The translations under genes were made by a program, and so were the position numbers. 62,568 bases of DNA from Bordetella parapertussis. Its GTDB lineage: Bacteria; Pseudomonadota; Gammaproteobacteria; Burkholderiales; SG8-39. The DNA is taken from positions 1-62,568 of the forward strand of contig CAMDFL010000003.1 in assembly GCA_945897475.1 (NCBI GenBank). The letters run 5' to 3'. Each line of letters begins with the position of its first letter. Position 1 is the first letter of the stretch. The notes beneath the pieces are model-generated. The model was not told where the DNA came from. It saw only the letters and a list, made by a program, of their open reading frames with translations, and searched no databases. This document shows positions 1-9,157 of this stretch, piece after piece.

Positions 1-177
1 TAGAAGGTCGAGTCCGCGCAGGCGTAGCGACGGCGCGACGGTTGCGGGGTTTATCGCAAGCGGCGTGACGGAGCGGTCAAAGTTACGGCGCCGCCAGCAC
101 CGAAATATGTCCGGTCTCGCTGGTGTCGGCGTCGCATTCAAATCGGCGACCGTGATAAACGCCAGGGAGCATCCGCG

Positions 178-501
178 TCACGCAGCAACCGTAATGCCAG
201 CCGCATGCTCGCGACGAGCCGGTTTTACAGTTATCTCGACCTGCTGATCGAACGACACCAGCGCCTGCATCAGGCGTTCAAGCGAAATATTCTGGAGTTT
301 GTAGCGACCAACCTGCGATACCTTGGGCTGTGTCATGCCGGTGATCGCGGCGGCCTCGGTCTGACTGAGCCCCCTGCTCCGGATGAGTTCGTTGAGTTTG
401 ACGGCAAGGATGGCTTTCGCGGACAGTTCTTCCGCGTCGTCGAACCCAAGGTCGATCAGCACATTGTCAGTGCCCTTGTGAGTGTCTTTGCGTCGCATCA
501 T
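178..501 (-). CDS. higA: XRE-family helix-turn-helix antitoxin, HigA-like (107 aa)
   Basis: Uses the internal start MMRRKD of ORF 178..720. HTH-like stretch LSQTEAAAITGMTQPKVSQV. Its ATG shares one base with the TAA of the upstream toxin ORF (TAATG, 499-503). Toxin-first order is typical of higBA. Confidence 0.8.
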   Translation of the reverse strand: MMRRKDTHKGTDNVLIDLGFDDAEELSAKAILAVKLNELIRSRGLSQTEAAAITGMTQPKVSQVGRYKLQNISLERLMQALVSFDQQVEITVKPARREHAAGITVAA

Positions 502-860
502 TACCTCCCGCTCAACCCATGTCGGGCAAGCACAGCCTTCAACCGCTTCTCGATCAATTGCACGTCCGGCTGCGGCGTGCTGATGCCGGACTTCGACTTC
601 TTCTGAAACGCATGCAGCACATGGATCGCATCTCCCACGCGCACCGTGTAGACCGCGCGAAAGGTGTCGCCCCGGTGATCTTCCACCAACTCGTAGACGC
701 CGGAACCAAGACCCTTCCACGGCTTCGACGAATCGGGCATGCGACCCACCTGGACCACAAAGAGCGCAACACCTATGTCCTTCTGGACCGGAATGGGGAA
801 TTCCTTGAAATCCTTCTTCGAGGAACCTTCCCAGAACAGCGGTCTGCGCATCTTAGTCAT
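501..860 (-). CDS. higB: RelE/ParE-superfamily toxin, HigB / phage Gp49-like (119 aa)
   Basis: ORF 501..860. Small basic protein with the pattern FKEFP..VQKDIG..L..VQ.G..P...KP..GLG.GVYEL..D..GDTFRAVY typical of Gp49/HigB-like toxins. Translationally coupled to the downstream XRE antitoxin. Confidence 0.8.
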   Translation of the reverse strand: MTKMRRPLFWEGSSKKDFKEFPIPVQKDIGVALFVVQVGRMPDSSKPWKGLGSGVYELVEDHRGDTFRAVYTVRVGDAIHVLHAFQKKSKSGISTPQPDVQLIEKRLKAVLARHGLSGR

Positions 861-862
861 GC

Positions 863-890
863 ATTATACCCGTTCGTATATAGATTGCAA
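863..890 (-). promoter_or_regulatory. sigma70-like promoter upstream of higB
   Basis: On the minus strand: TTGCAA (885-890), 16-bp spacer, TATAAT (863-868), immediately upstream of the higB ATG (858-860). Confidence 0.35.
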
Positions 891-957
891 GCATCGCCGC
901 CGCCGAGCCGCGTCGATAACCATACAACCAGAGCGCCCCCTCATTCCCAGACCACTC

Positions 958-985
958 TTGGTCCTGCGCGCCAAGCCCTTACAAT
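958..985 (+). promoter_or_regulatory. orphaned sigma70-like promoter (candidate ancestral mutS promoter)
   Basis: TTGGTC (958-963), 16-bp spacer, TACAAT (980-985), 8 nt before the ATG at 994 of the mutS-like stub. Confidence 0.4.
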
Positions 986-993
986 AGCGTGCG

Positions 994-1110
994 ATGAAAT
1001 ATCCCAGTCAGTCCGCCGAAATTTCTGCGACCCACACCCCGATGATGCATGGGCGTAAAGTCCTCGCCGCCATTGGCTTTTCAGGCAATCGCTGCCGCGA
1101 CCTACACTGA
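994..1110 (+). pseudogene. mutS 5'-end stub (38-codon ORF; the first 18 codons resemble a MutS N-terminus)
   Basis: The ATG at 994 encodes MKYPSQSAEISATHTPMM, then diverges (HGRKVLAAIGFSGNRCRDLH*). THTPMM matches the conserved MutS motif AHTPMMQQY at 3334-3360 in the same codon phase. 19 nt (1031-1049) match 3335-3353 at 18/19 positions. Confidence 0.55.
1031..1049. repeat. left 19-bp direct repeat (cccacaCcccgatgatgca) flanking the AbiE insertion
   Basis: 18/19 identical to 3335-3353. Both copies are in the same reading phase over HTPMM. Confidence 0.6.
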
Positions 1111-1361
1111 AACCTATACCGGACTGAAAGATTTCGGGCTCGCGTCATCCGTGTCGCTCTGTCGTTGGCGCGTTTGGTTTGGTGCCACGCGCCCGCCGTC
1201 TCCGTTCTACTGCGTCGAGCCCGTTTAGCTCGACGAGCGGCCGGTCACGCTTGCGGCAAACTAGCTGGAGCATTCTGTCCCTATTTGGCGCTATAGCAGC
1301 TCCCTGCGCTAAATGGCCTCCGGTACAAGTTGTAGATAGATTTATTGGAACAGGTTGTTAT

Positions 1362-1453
1362 ATCGTAGTATGGCTACGACAAATACTTCTTTTCAAAATT
1401 TCTTGACTTCAAAATTATTAGAAAAAAGTATATAATCGTAGTATGACTACGAC
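1362..1453 (+). promoter_or_regulatory. abiE promoter region with two copies of a 19-bp element, each holding a 6+6 inverted repeat (candidate AbiEi operators)
   Basis: atcgtagtatgGctacgac (1362-1380) and atcgtagtatgActacgac (1435-1453). Each contains TCGTAG-N5-CTACGA. TATAAT at 1431-1436 lies 6 nt before the abiEi ATG (1443). Copy 2 overlaps the -10 element and the start codon. Confidence 0.5.
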
Positions 1454-2180
1454 TTCTACAAGCAAGCTAAATACCCTCTACACCCGTCTGCCCATGGGTT
1501 CCCCAATCACCTCGGCACAACTCGCCGCGCTCGGGGTTTCGGCCGATCTCGCGGTCCACTATGCCCGCTCAGGTTGGCTCAAGCGACTGGGACGAGGGGT
1601 CTATTGCCGACCCGGTGAAGCCCTGTCGCTGCACCCGAGCCTCGTCGTGCTCCAGCAGCAAATCCCCGGACTTCATGTCGGAGGCAAGACGGCGCTGGAA
1701 TGGTACGGCGTGCGCCAATACGTCTCGCAGCAGGCTGCATTGCATTTATACGGCTGGGCGGCCGCGCGCCTGCCTGATTGGTTCGGTCAGCATTTTCCGG
1801 GCGAGTATCACCGCAAGCGGCTTTTCACCGAGGAGCCAGCGCAGATGCCCGGTGTGGGTCCTTTCGAAAACCGCGCCAACGCGCCGCTGGTCTCGACACC
1901 GGAGCGGGCGCTGCTCGAATTGCTGGACGAGGTCGGCGTCCGGCAACCACTGCAGGAAGCGCGTGAAATCGCCGAAGGAACATACAGCCTGCGTGCCGAG
2001 GTGCTGATGGATCTTCTCAAGCGCTGCACGAGCGTCAAGACGGTCCGGCTCTGCCTGCGCCTCGGACGCGAGCTCTCCCTGCCGTGGGTCGGCAAGCTCG
2101 ATGAGGCCGTGCTGCCCAAAGGCAGCGCCTTGCCGTGGATATCGAAGTCCAAGGATGGGTTACTGGTGCTCAAACCATGA
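1443..2180 (+). CDS. abiEi: AbiEi-family antitoxin / transcriptional regulator (type IV TA, abortive infection)
   Basis: ORF 1443..2180. N-terminal winged-helix pattern ITSAQLAALGVSADLAVHYARSGWLKRLGRGVY is typical of AbiEi_4-like antitoxins. The stop overlaps the downstream start (ATGA at 2177-2180). Confidence 0.85.
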   Translation: MTTTSTSKLNTLYTRLPMGSPITSAQLAALGVSADLAVHYARSGWLKRLGRGVYCRPGEALSLHPSLVVLQQQIPGLHVGGKTALEWYGVRQYVSQQAALHLYGWAAARLPDWFGQHFPGEYHRKRLFTEEPAQMPGVGPFENRANAPLVSTPERALLELLDEVGVRQPLQEAREIAEGTYSLRAEVLMDLLKRCTSVKTVRLCLRLGRELSLPWVGKLDEAVLPKGSALPWISKSKDGLLVLKP

Positions 2181-3091
2181 ATCAGATCTATCTCGATACC
2201 GCGCGCCTGATGCTACAGGTAGCGCCACTCGTATTCGCCGACAACGTGTTTGCCCTGAAGGGCGGCACCGCGATCAATCTTTTCGTGCGTGACATGCCGC
2301 GCCTGTCCGTGGACCTTGATCTCGTGTTTGTCGATCACCGCCTCGGCCGGGACGAAGCGCTTGCCAGGATCAACGAAGCGATCCGGAATAGTGTGGATCG
2401 TCTCAAGAAGCGCGGGTTCCAAACCCACGCGGCGACCGTGGCCGACGCCGGCGAAACAAAACTCTTCGTGCGCCGCGACAAGCTCGAAGTGAAGGTGGAA
2501 GTGAATTTCGTGCTTCGCGGAACCGTGCACCCGATTCGCTCGACATCGCTCACTCCGAAGGCAAAAGAGACGCTGCTCGCCGACCTGGAACTGCCCGTCG
2601 TGTCGCTCCCAGACCTCTACGGCGGAAAGCTCGTCGCCGCCCTGGATCGTCAACACCCGCGTGACTTGTTCGACGTGATGGAGCTTTTTCTCCACGGAGG
2701 AATCACGCCGGAAATCAGGCGCAGCTTTGTGGTCTATCTCGCATCTCACAACCGGCCGATTCATGAGGTGCTTTTCCCGAACCTTCGGGACATCTCCGGT
2801 GAATACGAAGGCACGTTCAAGGGCATGACGACGGAGCCGGTGGAGTTGAAGGCCCTCGTCTCCGCGCGCGAGCGCATGATCGCTGAACTGAAAGCGGGCC
2901 TCGACGCCGCCGAGCGGGAGTTCCTGTTATCGCTCGCCCGCAATGAGCCCAATTGGGATTTGCTTGGCATCGAACACCTTGAGCAACTTCCCGGCATCCG
3001 GTGGAAACTCGCAAATCTCGGGCGCCTGGCGAACAGCAACCCGAAGAAACTCAAGGAGCAGGCACGGATGCTGGAGCACCTGCTCAGTTAG
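2177..3091 (+). CDS. abiEii: AbiEii/AbiGii-family nucleotidyltransferase toxin (DUF1814)
   Basis: Uses the internal start MNQIYLD of ORF 2135..3091. NTase motifs LKGGTAINLF and SVDLDLVF, followed by YGGKLVAALDRQHPRDLFDV. Confidence 0.9.
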   Translation: MNQIYLDTARLMLQVAPLVFADNVFALKGGTAINLFVRDMPRLSVDLDLVFVDHRLGRDEALARINEAIRNSVDRLKKRGFQTHAATVADAGETKLFVRRDKLEVKVEVNFVLRGTVHPIRSTSLTPKAKETLLADLELPVVSLPDLYGGKLVAALDRQHPRDLFDVMELFLHGGITPEIRRSFVVYLASHNRPIHEVLFPNLRDISGEYEGTFKGMTTEPVELKALVSARERMIAELKAGLDAAEREFLLSLARNEPNWDLLGIEHLEQLPGIRWKLANLGRLANSNPKKLKEQARMLEHLLS

Positions 3092-3291
3092 ACCGTCCAA
3101 TTCCAGTAACGGAGATTGCGAAAAACGGACAATCGCTTTCCCATTGATACCGGAATTTTCAGTCTATTTACAACCGCTATCTGTTGTACTGACTGCTTGA
3201 AGGGCCGATTGTCATTCCAATAGAGGAATAAATTCGAGATGACCCGCTTCGTGTTTCTGCGAATCCCCATCCGCTCCCGTAAAATGCTCCC

Positions 3292-5874
3292 GTGAACGCA
3301 CCGCAATCCCCTCCCGCCGCAAAGAATACCGATGCCCACACGCCGATGATGCAGCAGTACCTTCGCTTGAAGGCACAGCATCCGGACATTCTGCTTTTCT
3401 ATCGCATGGGCGACTTCTATGAGCTGTTTCATGCCGATGCCGAAAAAGCGGCCAAACTTCTCGACATCACGCTGACCACGCGCGGGGCTTCGGCAGGCAC
3501 GCCGATCAAGATGGCGGGGGTGCCCTATCACGCGGCGGAACAGTATCTGGCAAAGCTGGTACGGCTGGGCGAATCGGTGGCGATCTGCGAGCAGATCGGC
3601 GATCCCACTACCTCCAAGGGGCTAGTTGAGCGAGCGGTGATGCGCATTGTCACCCCCGGCACATTGACGGACGCGGCGCTGCTCGATGACAAAGCCGACA
3701 ACATTCTTCTTGCTCTCAGCGTGGAGGGGTCGCTTGCGGGCCTTGCCTGGCTGAATCTGGCCAGTGGGGAGATGCGGGTGATGGAAATCGCGCTGCAGGG
3801 GCTGGCCTCGGAGCTGCGGCGAATTTCTCCTGCGGAAGTCCTGCTTGCGGATAGCAAGCGCCTTCCCGATGAACTGGCGGGATTTCATGTCAGCCATGTT
3901 GGCGAGTGGCTGTTCGATATCACCGCGGGACGCTCAGCCTTGCTCGCCCAATTGCGCGCGGCGAGTCTTGCCGGCTTCGGCTGCGAGGATCTGGGGCCCG
4001 CTATCGGCGCGTGCGGCGCGCTTCTGGATTACGCCCGGAAAACCCAGGGGCAGTCCCTCGCTCATGTGAATGCCGTTATCGCCGAGCGGCCCGGTGAATA
4101 CCTGCGAATGGACCCGGCCACGCGGCGCAATCTGGAGATCACGGAAACTCTGCGTGGCGAACCCTCACCCACGCTGCATTCGTTGCTGGATGTCTGCGCA
4201 TCTGGCATGGGCAGCCGCCTGCTGCGCCATTGGCTGCACCACCCGCTTCGCGACCGCGCGGTGCTTGGCGCACGCCACGCTGCAATCGCGGTCTTGGTCT
4301 CGCAGGATGCCGCTCGAAAAATGATCGAGACGCAACTTCGCCATGTCGCCGATGTCGAGCGTATCGCCGCGCGCCTGGCATTGAAAAGCGCTAGGCCGCG
4401 CGATTTATCATCGCTGAGGGATAGTCTGTCTGTGCTGCCGGAGCTGACTACTCTGATTCCACAATCAGAATGCGATTTGCTTGATTCACTCCGAGCGGGG
4501 CTGGCCTGCCCTATCGATTGTCTTGAACTTCTGCGCCGTTCTATTCAGGAGGAACCCTCAGTCGTCTTGCGCGAAGGCGGCGTGATTGCCGCGGGATACA
4601 GCGCCGCGCTGGACGAATTGCGAGGGCTCCAGACCAATGCCGGCGCCTATCTTGTCGATCTCGAAGCACGCGAACGCGCACGCACCGGCATCTCCAACCT
4701 CAAGGTCGAGTACAACCGCGTGCACGGCTACTACATAGAGATCACCAACTCTAACGCCACCCGCGTACCCGACGACTATCGCCGCCGCCAGACGCTCAAA
4801 AATGCCGAGCGCTATATCACCCCTGAGCTGAAAACCTTCGAGGACAAAGCGCTTTCCGCGCAGGAGCGATCCTTGGCGCTTGAGAAAACCTTGTACGAAG
4901 AGTTGCTCGCGCTTCTTCTGCCGCATCTGGAGACCTTGCAGCGCATTGCGCGTTCGCTCGCGCAACTGGATGTGCTCGCAGCGTTCGCGCAAACGGCGTT
5001 GCTGCGTAATTATTGCCGGCCCGTTTTCACCGATGAGCCCGGCCTTGCCATCGAGGCGGGTCGGCATCCCGTGGTCGAAGGCCTGGTTGAGTCTTTCATC
5101 GCCAATGACACGCAACTGTCCCCCACGCGCCGCATGCTGCTCATCACCGGGCCCAATATGGGCGGCAAATCGACTTACATGAGGCAGGTGGCGCTGATCG
5201 CCTTGATGGCGCATGCCGGATCATTCGTTCCTGCGAAAGCCGCGCGCATCGGCCCAGTGGACCAGATCTTCACCCGTATCGGCGCCGCCGATGACCTTGC
5301 CGGCGGTCGCTCGACTTTCATGGTGGAGATGACCGAATCGGCCAACATCCTGCACAACGCCACCGAGAAAAGTCTGGTGTTGATGGACGAAGTGGGGCGC
5401 GGCACCTCTACCTTTGACGGACTGGCGCTTGCCTGGGCTATCGCGCGCCATCTTGTCGAGAAGAATCGCGCGGGGTCTCTGTTCGCCACTCATTACTTCG
5501 AACTCACGCGCTTGGCGCTGGATTTCAAGGAAGTGGCCAACGTGCATCTGGATGCGATCGAGCACAAGGACCGCATTGTGTTTTTGCATCACGTGGAAGA
5601 GGGGCCCGCCAGCCAAAGCTACGGCTTACAGGTTGCGGCTTTGGCGGGAGTGCCGGCAGGCGTGACGCGCGCCGCGCGCCGATATCTGCAGCAACTGGAG
5701 GCTTCGCAGCTCAACACCGGCGGTCAGAGCGATTTATTTGCCGGGCCCGCGAAGCCCGAGGAGCCCGAACCCGCAACAGACGCCTTGCGTGAGGCCATGC
5801 AACAGGTGAATCCCGACGAACTATCGCCCAGGGAAGCACTCGATCTGCTCTACAAACTCAAGCGCCTGCCCTGA
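3292..5874 (+). CDS. mutS: DNA mismatch repair protein MutS
   Basis: 860-aa [36 protein letters not shown] mismatch-binding N-terminus and Walker [18 protein letters not shown] start at 3292; the ATG pair at 3346 is an alternative start. Confidence 0.97.
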   Translation: MNAPQSPPAAKNTDAHTPMMQQYLRLKAQHPDILLFYRMGDFYELFHADAEKAAKLLDITLTTRGASAGTPIKMAGVPYHAAEQYLAKLVRLGESVAICEQIGDPTTSKGLVERAVMRIVTPGTLTDAALLDDKADNILLALSVEGSLAGLAWLNLASGEMRVMEIALQGLASELRRISPAEVLLADSKRLPDELAGFHVSHVGEWLFDITAGRSALLAQLRAASLAGFGCEDLGPAIGACGALLDYARKTQGQSLAHVNAVIAERPGEYLRMDPATRRNLEITETLRGEPSPTLHSLLDVCASGMGSRLLRHWLHHPLRDRAVLGARHAAIAVLVSQDAARKMIETQLRHVADVERIAARLALKSARPRDLSSLRDSLSVLPELTTLIPQSECDLLDSLRAGLACPIDCLELLRRSIQEEPSVVLREGGVIAAGYSAALDELRGLQTNAGAYLVDLEARERARTGISNLKVEYNRVHGYYIEITNSNATRVPDDYRRRQTLKNAERYITPELKTFEDKALSAQERSLALEKTLYEELLALLLPHLETLQRIARSLAQLDVLAAFAQTALLRNYCRPVFTDEPGLAIEAGRHPVVEGLVESFIANDTQLSPTRRMLLITGPNMGGKSTYMRQVALIALMAHAGSFVPAKAARIGPVDQIFTRIGAADDLAGGRSTFMVEMTESANILHNATEKSLVLMDEVGRGTSTFDGLALAWAIARHLVEKNRAGSLFATHYFELTRLALDFKEVANVHLDAIEHKDRIVFLHHVEEGPASQSYGLQVAALAGVPAGVTRAARRYLQQLEASQLNTGGQSDLFAGPAKPEEPEPATDALREAMQQVNPDELSPREALDLLYKLKRLP
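3335..3353. repeat. right 19-bp direct repeat (cccacaGgccgatgatgca) inside mutS codons 15-21
   Basis: Partner of 1031-1049. Confidence 0.6.
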
Positions 5875-6879
5875 TTAATCGGATTTGATGTTGGCGCGAC
5901 GGACGATATCGCTCCAGATCTTCTGTTCACGGCGGATGAAGCTGCCGTACTCCTCGGGCGACGAACCAATTGCCTCGGCGTCATCATTGGCGAAGCGCTC
6001 GGCGACAATTTGGGTGCGCATGGCTTTGCGCGATTCGTCGGCAATGCGCCGGATGATGTCCACGGGGACAGCGGCCGGTGCGTTGATGCCGTACCACTGC
6101 GCCGTCTCGAATCCCGGAAAGCCCTGCTCAGCCACAGTGACAAGATCGGGCAAAGACGGAATGCGCTTGACCATGCCAGTGGCGATGGCGCGGATCTTGC
6201 CAGTCTTGATGTGCTGCATCAGCGCGGGCGTTCCGGCTGATGACGATTGGGTGCGCCCGGCCAGCAAGTCGACCAATTGCGGACCCGTGCCTTTGTAGGG
6301 GATATGCGCGATATCGATACCCGCCACCAGTTTCAGATATTCAAAGGCCAGGTGACCCGCGCTGCCGTTACCAGCGGAGCCGTAATTGATCAAGCCGGGA
6401 TTTTTTTTCGAGTAGGCGATGAATTCGCGCATGTCCTTAGCAGGCACATCCGGATGCACGACAAATATATTGGGCACCTTGGTGAGCAGCGTAACCGGTG
6501 CGAAGTCTTTGTTCACATCGTAGGGCTGATCGCGCAGCATGTAGGGGTTGACGGCGAGCGAGCCAACGTGACCGATCACCAGCGTATATCCATCAGGGGA
6601 AGATTTAGCCGTTTCAAACATCGCGGTGACGCCGGCGGCGCCCGGTTTGTTTTCAATCACGATACTCTGGCCCAGCTGTTTGCCAAGCTCAGCCGATACG
6701 GTGCGCGCCACCACCGAGGAAGTTCCACCCGGCGCAAAGGGCACCAGCAGCCGAATGGGTTTGGCAGGCCAGCTCTGTGCCAGCCCGGCCTGCGCCGTTG
6801 ACAGGAGCATGCCGCAGGCCAGCATATGTGGAAGAAGTCGAATACGGGCAAGAAGTGGAAATTGACACAATGCTTTCAT
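5875..6879 (-). CDS. Bug-family (TctC-like) tripartite tricarboxylate transporter substrate-binding protein
   Basis: Signal peptide followed by QSWPAKPIRLLVPFAPGGTSS, NKPGAAG and DGYTL motifs. Its stop abuts the mutS stop. Confidence 0.9.
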   Translation of the reverse strand: MKALCQFPLLARIRLLPHMLACGMLLSTAQAGLAQSWPAKPIRLLVPFAPGGTSSVVARTVSAELGKQLGQSIVIENKPGAAGVTAMFETAKSSPDGYTLVIGHVGSLAVNPYMLRDQPYDVNKDFAPVTLLTKVPNIFVVHPDVPAKDMREFIAYSKKNPGLINYGSAGNGSAGHLAFEYLKLVAGIDIAHIPYKGTGPQLVDLLAGRTQSSSAGTPALMQHIKTGKIRAIATGMVKRIPSLPDLVTVAEQGFPGFETAQWYGINAPAAVPVDIIRRIADESRKAMRTQIVAERFANDDAEAIGSSPEEYGSFIRREQKIWSDIVRRANIKSD

Positions 6880-6974
6880 CGTATTTCCTCAGGTTTCTAT
6901 GCTCAAGAACTCAAATCCCGCGATGGTGCCAGGGCTTGGGCACATCTTCGCCCAAAAAGGGGGGCTGCCGCAAC

Positions 6975-7024
6975 TCTCAAAAAACACTCTCAAAAGCAAT
7001 CTCAAAAAAGCACTCTCAAAAGAC
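6975..7024. repeat. two tandem copies of a ~25-bp CA-rich unit (ctcaaaaaa[g]cactctcaaaag...)
   Basis: Read directly in the divergent intergenic region 6880-7263. Confidence 0.6.
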
Positions 7025-7158
7025 CAATGAGGTCTTCTACAAAGTAAAAATAGGGTGAGGGATGAATGGCACTCCCTTACATCAGAAATCCGGAACAACA
7101 AGAAAACCAACTCTGCTTTATTCAGAAACCGCGGCAGCGCTGCCAAAACCTTCAGCAA

Positions 7159-7196
7159 AGCGCGATGCAAAGCGGCGATACAAGCGGCGATACAAA
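7159..7196. repeat. 12-bp tandem repeat x3 (agcggcgataca)
   Basis: agcgcgatgcaa / agcggcgataca / agcggcgatacaa, read directly. Confidence 0.6.
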
Positions 7197-7263
7197 GCTT
7201 GTCACTCGCACGCCGCGCGGCGCACAATCAGGCCCTTCCACCACTGACTTACGGGCTGTTGAA

Positions 7264-8088
7264 ATGAATACCAATACACAAACCTCCCTGCTTCTGGAAA
7301 ACCGTGCCGCTCTGGTCACGGGAGGCGCAGGACGCCTTGGCCGCGTGATCGCCAACACCCTGCAAAGAGAAGGCGCCAAAGTGGTGATTGCCGATATCGA
7401 CCGCGCACGACTCACCGAAGTCACGGCAATGCTTTCGCAAAATGCCAAAGCCTGGTCGGTGCAGGGCGATGTCTCACAATTGCAGGAGGTACAGAAAATG
7501 GTGGCGCGCGCCGAATCGCTCGCCGGTCCCATCGATATTCTGGTGAATGCCCACGGAATTGTTCCGGTCAAAAATTTTCTGGATATGACACCCGATGAAT
7601 GGGACCGCCCATTCGCGGTCAACGTGCGCGGCATCATGCTCACCGGCCAGGTGTTCGCCAAGCGCTGGATCGAGCGCAAGTCGCGAGGCGCCATCGTAAA
7701 TATTTCGTCCTCGGCATCGCGCGCGGCGCGCCCGGGGCGCCCGCACTATGCCGCATCAAAAGCCGCGGTCAACATGCTTACCGAAGCCATGGCTATCGAG
7801 CTGGGACCGCACGGCATACGCGTCAACGCGGTGGCGCCGGCGACGGTGCTCGATGAAGTCTATCGCGGTCAAAGCGATGACAATCCCGCTTATGTCAATT
7901 TCACGATTCAAGGAACGCCGCTGGGACGCACCGGCGCGCCCGAGGACGTGGCCGAAGCGGTGGCATTTCTGGCCTCCGAGCGCTCCGATTGGACCACCGG
8001 TGTAATACTCGATGTCACCGGCGGTGCGCATGTCGCGCGGCGGCTATCGGCGCCTACCGATACACGCGCCAAACAGACGACGAAATAG
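7264..8088 (+). CDS. SDR-family oxidoreductase
   Basis: Uses the internal start MNTNTQ of ORF 7066..8088. Cofactor motif VTGGAGRLG and catalytic YAASKAA. Confidence 0.85.
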   Translation: MNTNTQTSLLLENRAALVTGGAGRLGRVIANTLQREGAKVVIADIDRARLTEVTAMLSQNAKAWSVQGDVSQLQEVQKMVARAESLAGPIDILVNAHGIVPVKNFLDMTPDEWDRPFAVNVRGIMLTGQVFAKRWIERKSRGAIVNISSSASRAARPGRPHYAASKAAVNMLTEAMAIELGPHGIRVNAVAPATVLDEVYRGQSDDNPAYVNFTIQGTPLGRTGAPEDVAEAVAFLASERSDWTTGVILDVTGGAHVARRLSAPTDTRAKQTTK

Positions 8089-8153
8089 CAATGAGTTCGG
8101 GGATGCAATGAGTTCGAGGCTGCAATGAGTTCGAGGCTGCAATGAGTTCGAGT
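8088..8153. repeat. 17-bp tandem repeat x~4 (gcaatgagttcgaggct) starting at the last base of the SDR stop codon
   Basis: Copies at 8088-8104, 8105-8121, 8122-8138 and 8139-8153. Confidence 0.85.
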
Positions 8154-8204
8154 CTTTCTACGCTCGAGACCCTCTGCACCACACGCAAATAGCAGGAGGC
8201 ACAA

Positions 8205-9035
8205 ATGTCATTAAAGGGAAAAACACTTTTTGTGTCCGGCGGCTCACGCGGCATCGGTCTGGCGATAGCGCTGCGCGCTGCGCGCGACGGCGCCAATATC
8301 GCGATCGCGGCCAAAACCGTCGAAGCCAATCCGAAGCTTCCCGGCACCATTCATTCGGCGGCCGCCGAGATCGAGAAATCCGGCGGTCATGCCCTGGCAT
8401 TGCAATGCGACATCCGCGACGAAACCGCGATTGCCGAAGCGGTGCGAAAAACCGTGGCGCGATTCGGCGGCATCGACATCCTCGTCAACAACGCCAGCGC
8501 GATATCGCTCACCGGAACACTGGAGACGACGATGAAACGCGTCGACCTGATGTTCGACATCAATGTGCGCGGCACCTATGCGTGCTCGCAGGCCTGCCTG
8601 CCGCTCTTGAAACATGCCGCCGCTGCCGGACGCAATCCCCACATCCTGACTTTGTCGCCGCCCCTGAACATGAATCCGAAATGGTTCCGTCAGCACCTCG
8701 CCTATACGATCGCCAAATACGGCATGAGCCTATGTGTGCTGGGCATGGCAGAGGAGTTTCGGGCCGATGGCATCGCTGTCAATGCGCTATGGCCGCGCAC
8801 CATTATTCGCACCGCAGCGCTGGCGATGATTCCGGGAATCGATACCGACCGGGCACGCACGCCTGAAATCATGGCCGACGCGGCCCATGTCGTTCTCAAT
8901 CGCGAATCGCGCGAATGCACCGGCAATTTCTTCATTGACGACGAGGTTCTTGCCGCGGCCGGTTTCAGCGATTTGACCAAGTACGCAGTGGCCCCCGGCA
9001 AGGGAGAACCGATAAGCGATCTGTTTATCGATTGA
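8205..9035 (+). CDS. SDR-family oxidoreductase (HSDL2-like)
   Basis: MSLKGKTLFVSGGSRGIGLAIA cofactor motif and YTIAKYG catalytic motif. Confidence 0.9.
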   Translation: MSLKGKTLFVSGGSRGIGLAIALRAARDGANIAIAAKTVEANPKLPGTIHSAAAEIEKSGGHALALQCDIRDETAIAEAVRKTVARFGGIDILVNNASAISLTGTLETTMKRVDLMFDINVRGTYACSQACLPLLKHAAAAGRNPHILTLSPPLNMNPKWFRQHLAYTIAKYGMSLCVLGMAEEFRADGIAVNALWPRTIIRTAALAMIPGIDTDRARTPEIMADAAHVVLNRESRECTGNFFIDDEVLAAAGFSDLTKYAVAPGKGEPISDLFID

Positions 9036-9157
9036 TGCGCGCAGGTCCCCGCCATAAGCCGCGGGGAATAAGCAATTAAAGAAAATAGTTGATATAGATG
9101 ACCTATCCACCTATATCAATGGCAATAATTATTTCCAATATTGGGATACGTCATTCC

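Larger units (their letters stand above)
1050..3334. mobile_element. integrase-less 2.3-kb insertion carrying abiEi/abiEii, inside the 5' end of mutS
   Basis: Bounded by the 19-bp direct repeats. AT-rich non-coding ends (about 1300-1442 and 3092-3291). Contains only the AbiE pair. No recombinase gene is visible. Confidence 0.45.

Noticed and set aside
1-40. tRNA-like T-arm string (aaGGTCGAGTCCgcgc) at the window start, a possible island attachment site
   Set aside because: It lacks the second T of GGTTCGAxTCC. The flanking bases do not form a T-stem or acceptor stem, and no CCA-proximal structure can be drawn.
1179-1406. 75-aa ORF between the mutS stub and abiEi
   Set aside because: It has no start context and a Ser/Arg-rich, low-complexity translation. 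It runs into the AT-rich promoter region. It is more likely non-coding island DNA.
7066-7263. Long N-terminal extensions of ORFs (7066, 25282, 39848, 49068, 53561, 37028..39502, 61087..61905, 178..720)
   Set aside because: The family-typical N-termini, signal peptides and Shine-Dalgarno sequences sit at internal starts. The upstream extensions are low-complexity and overlap neighbouring genes or intergenic repeats.
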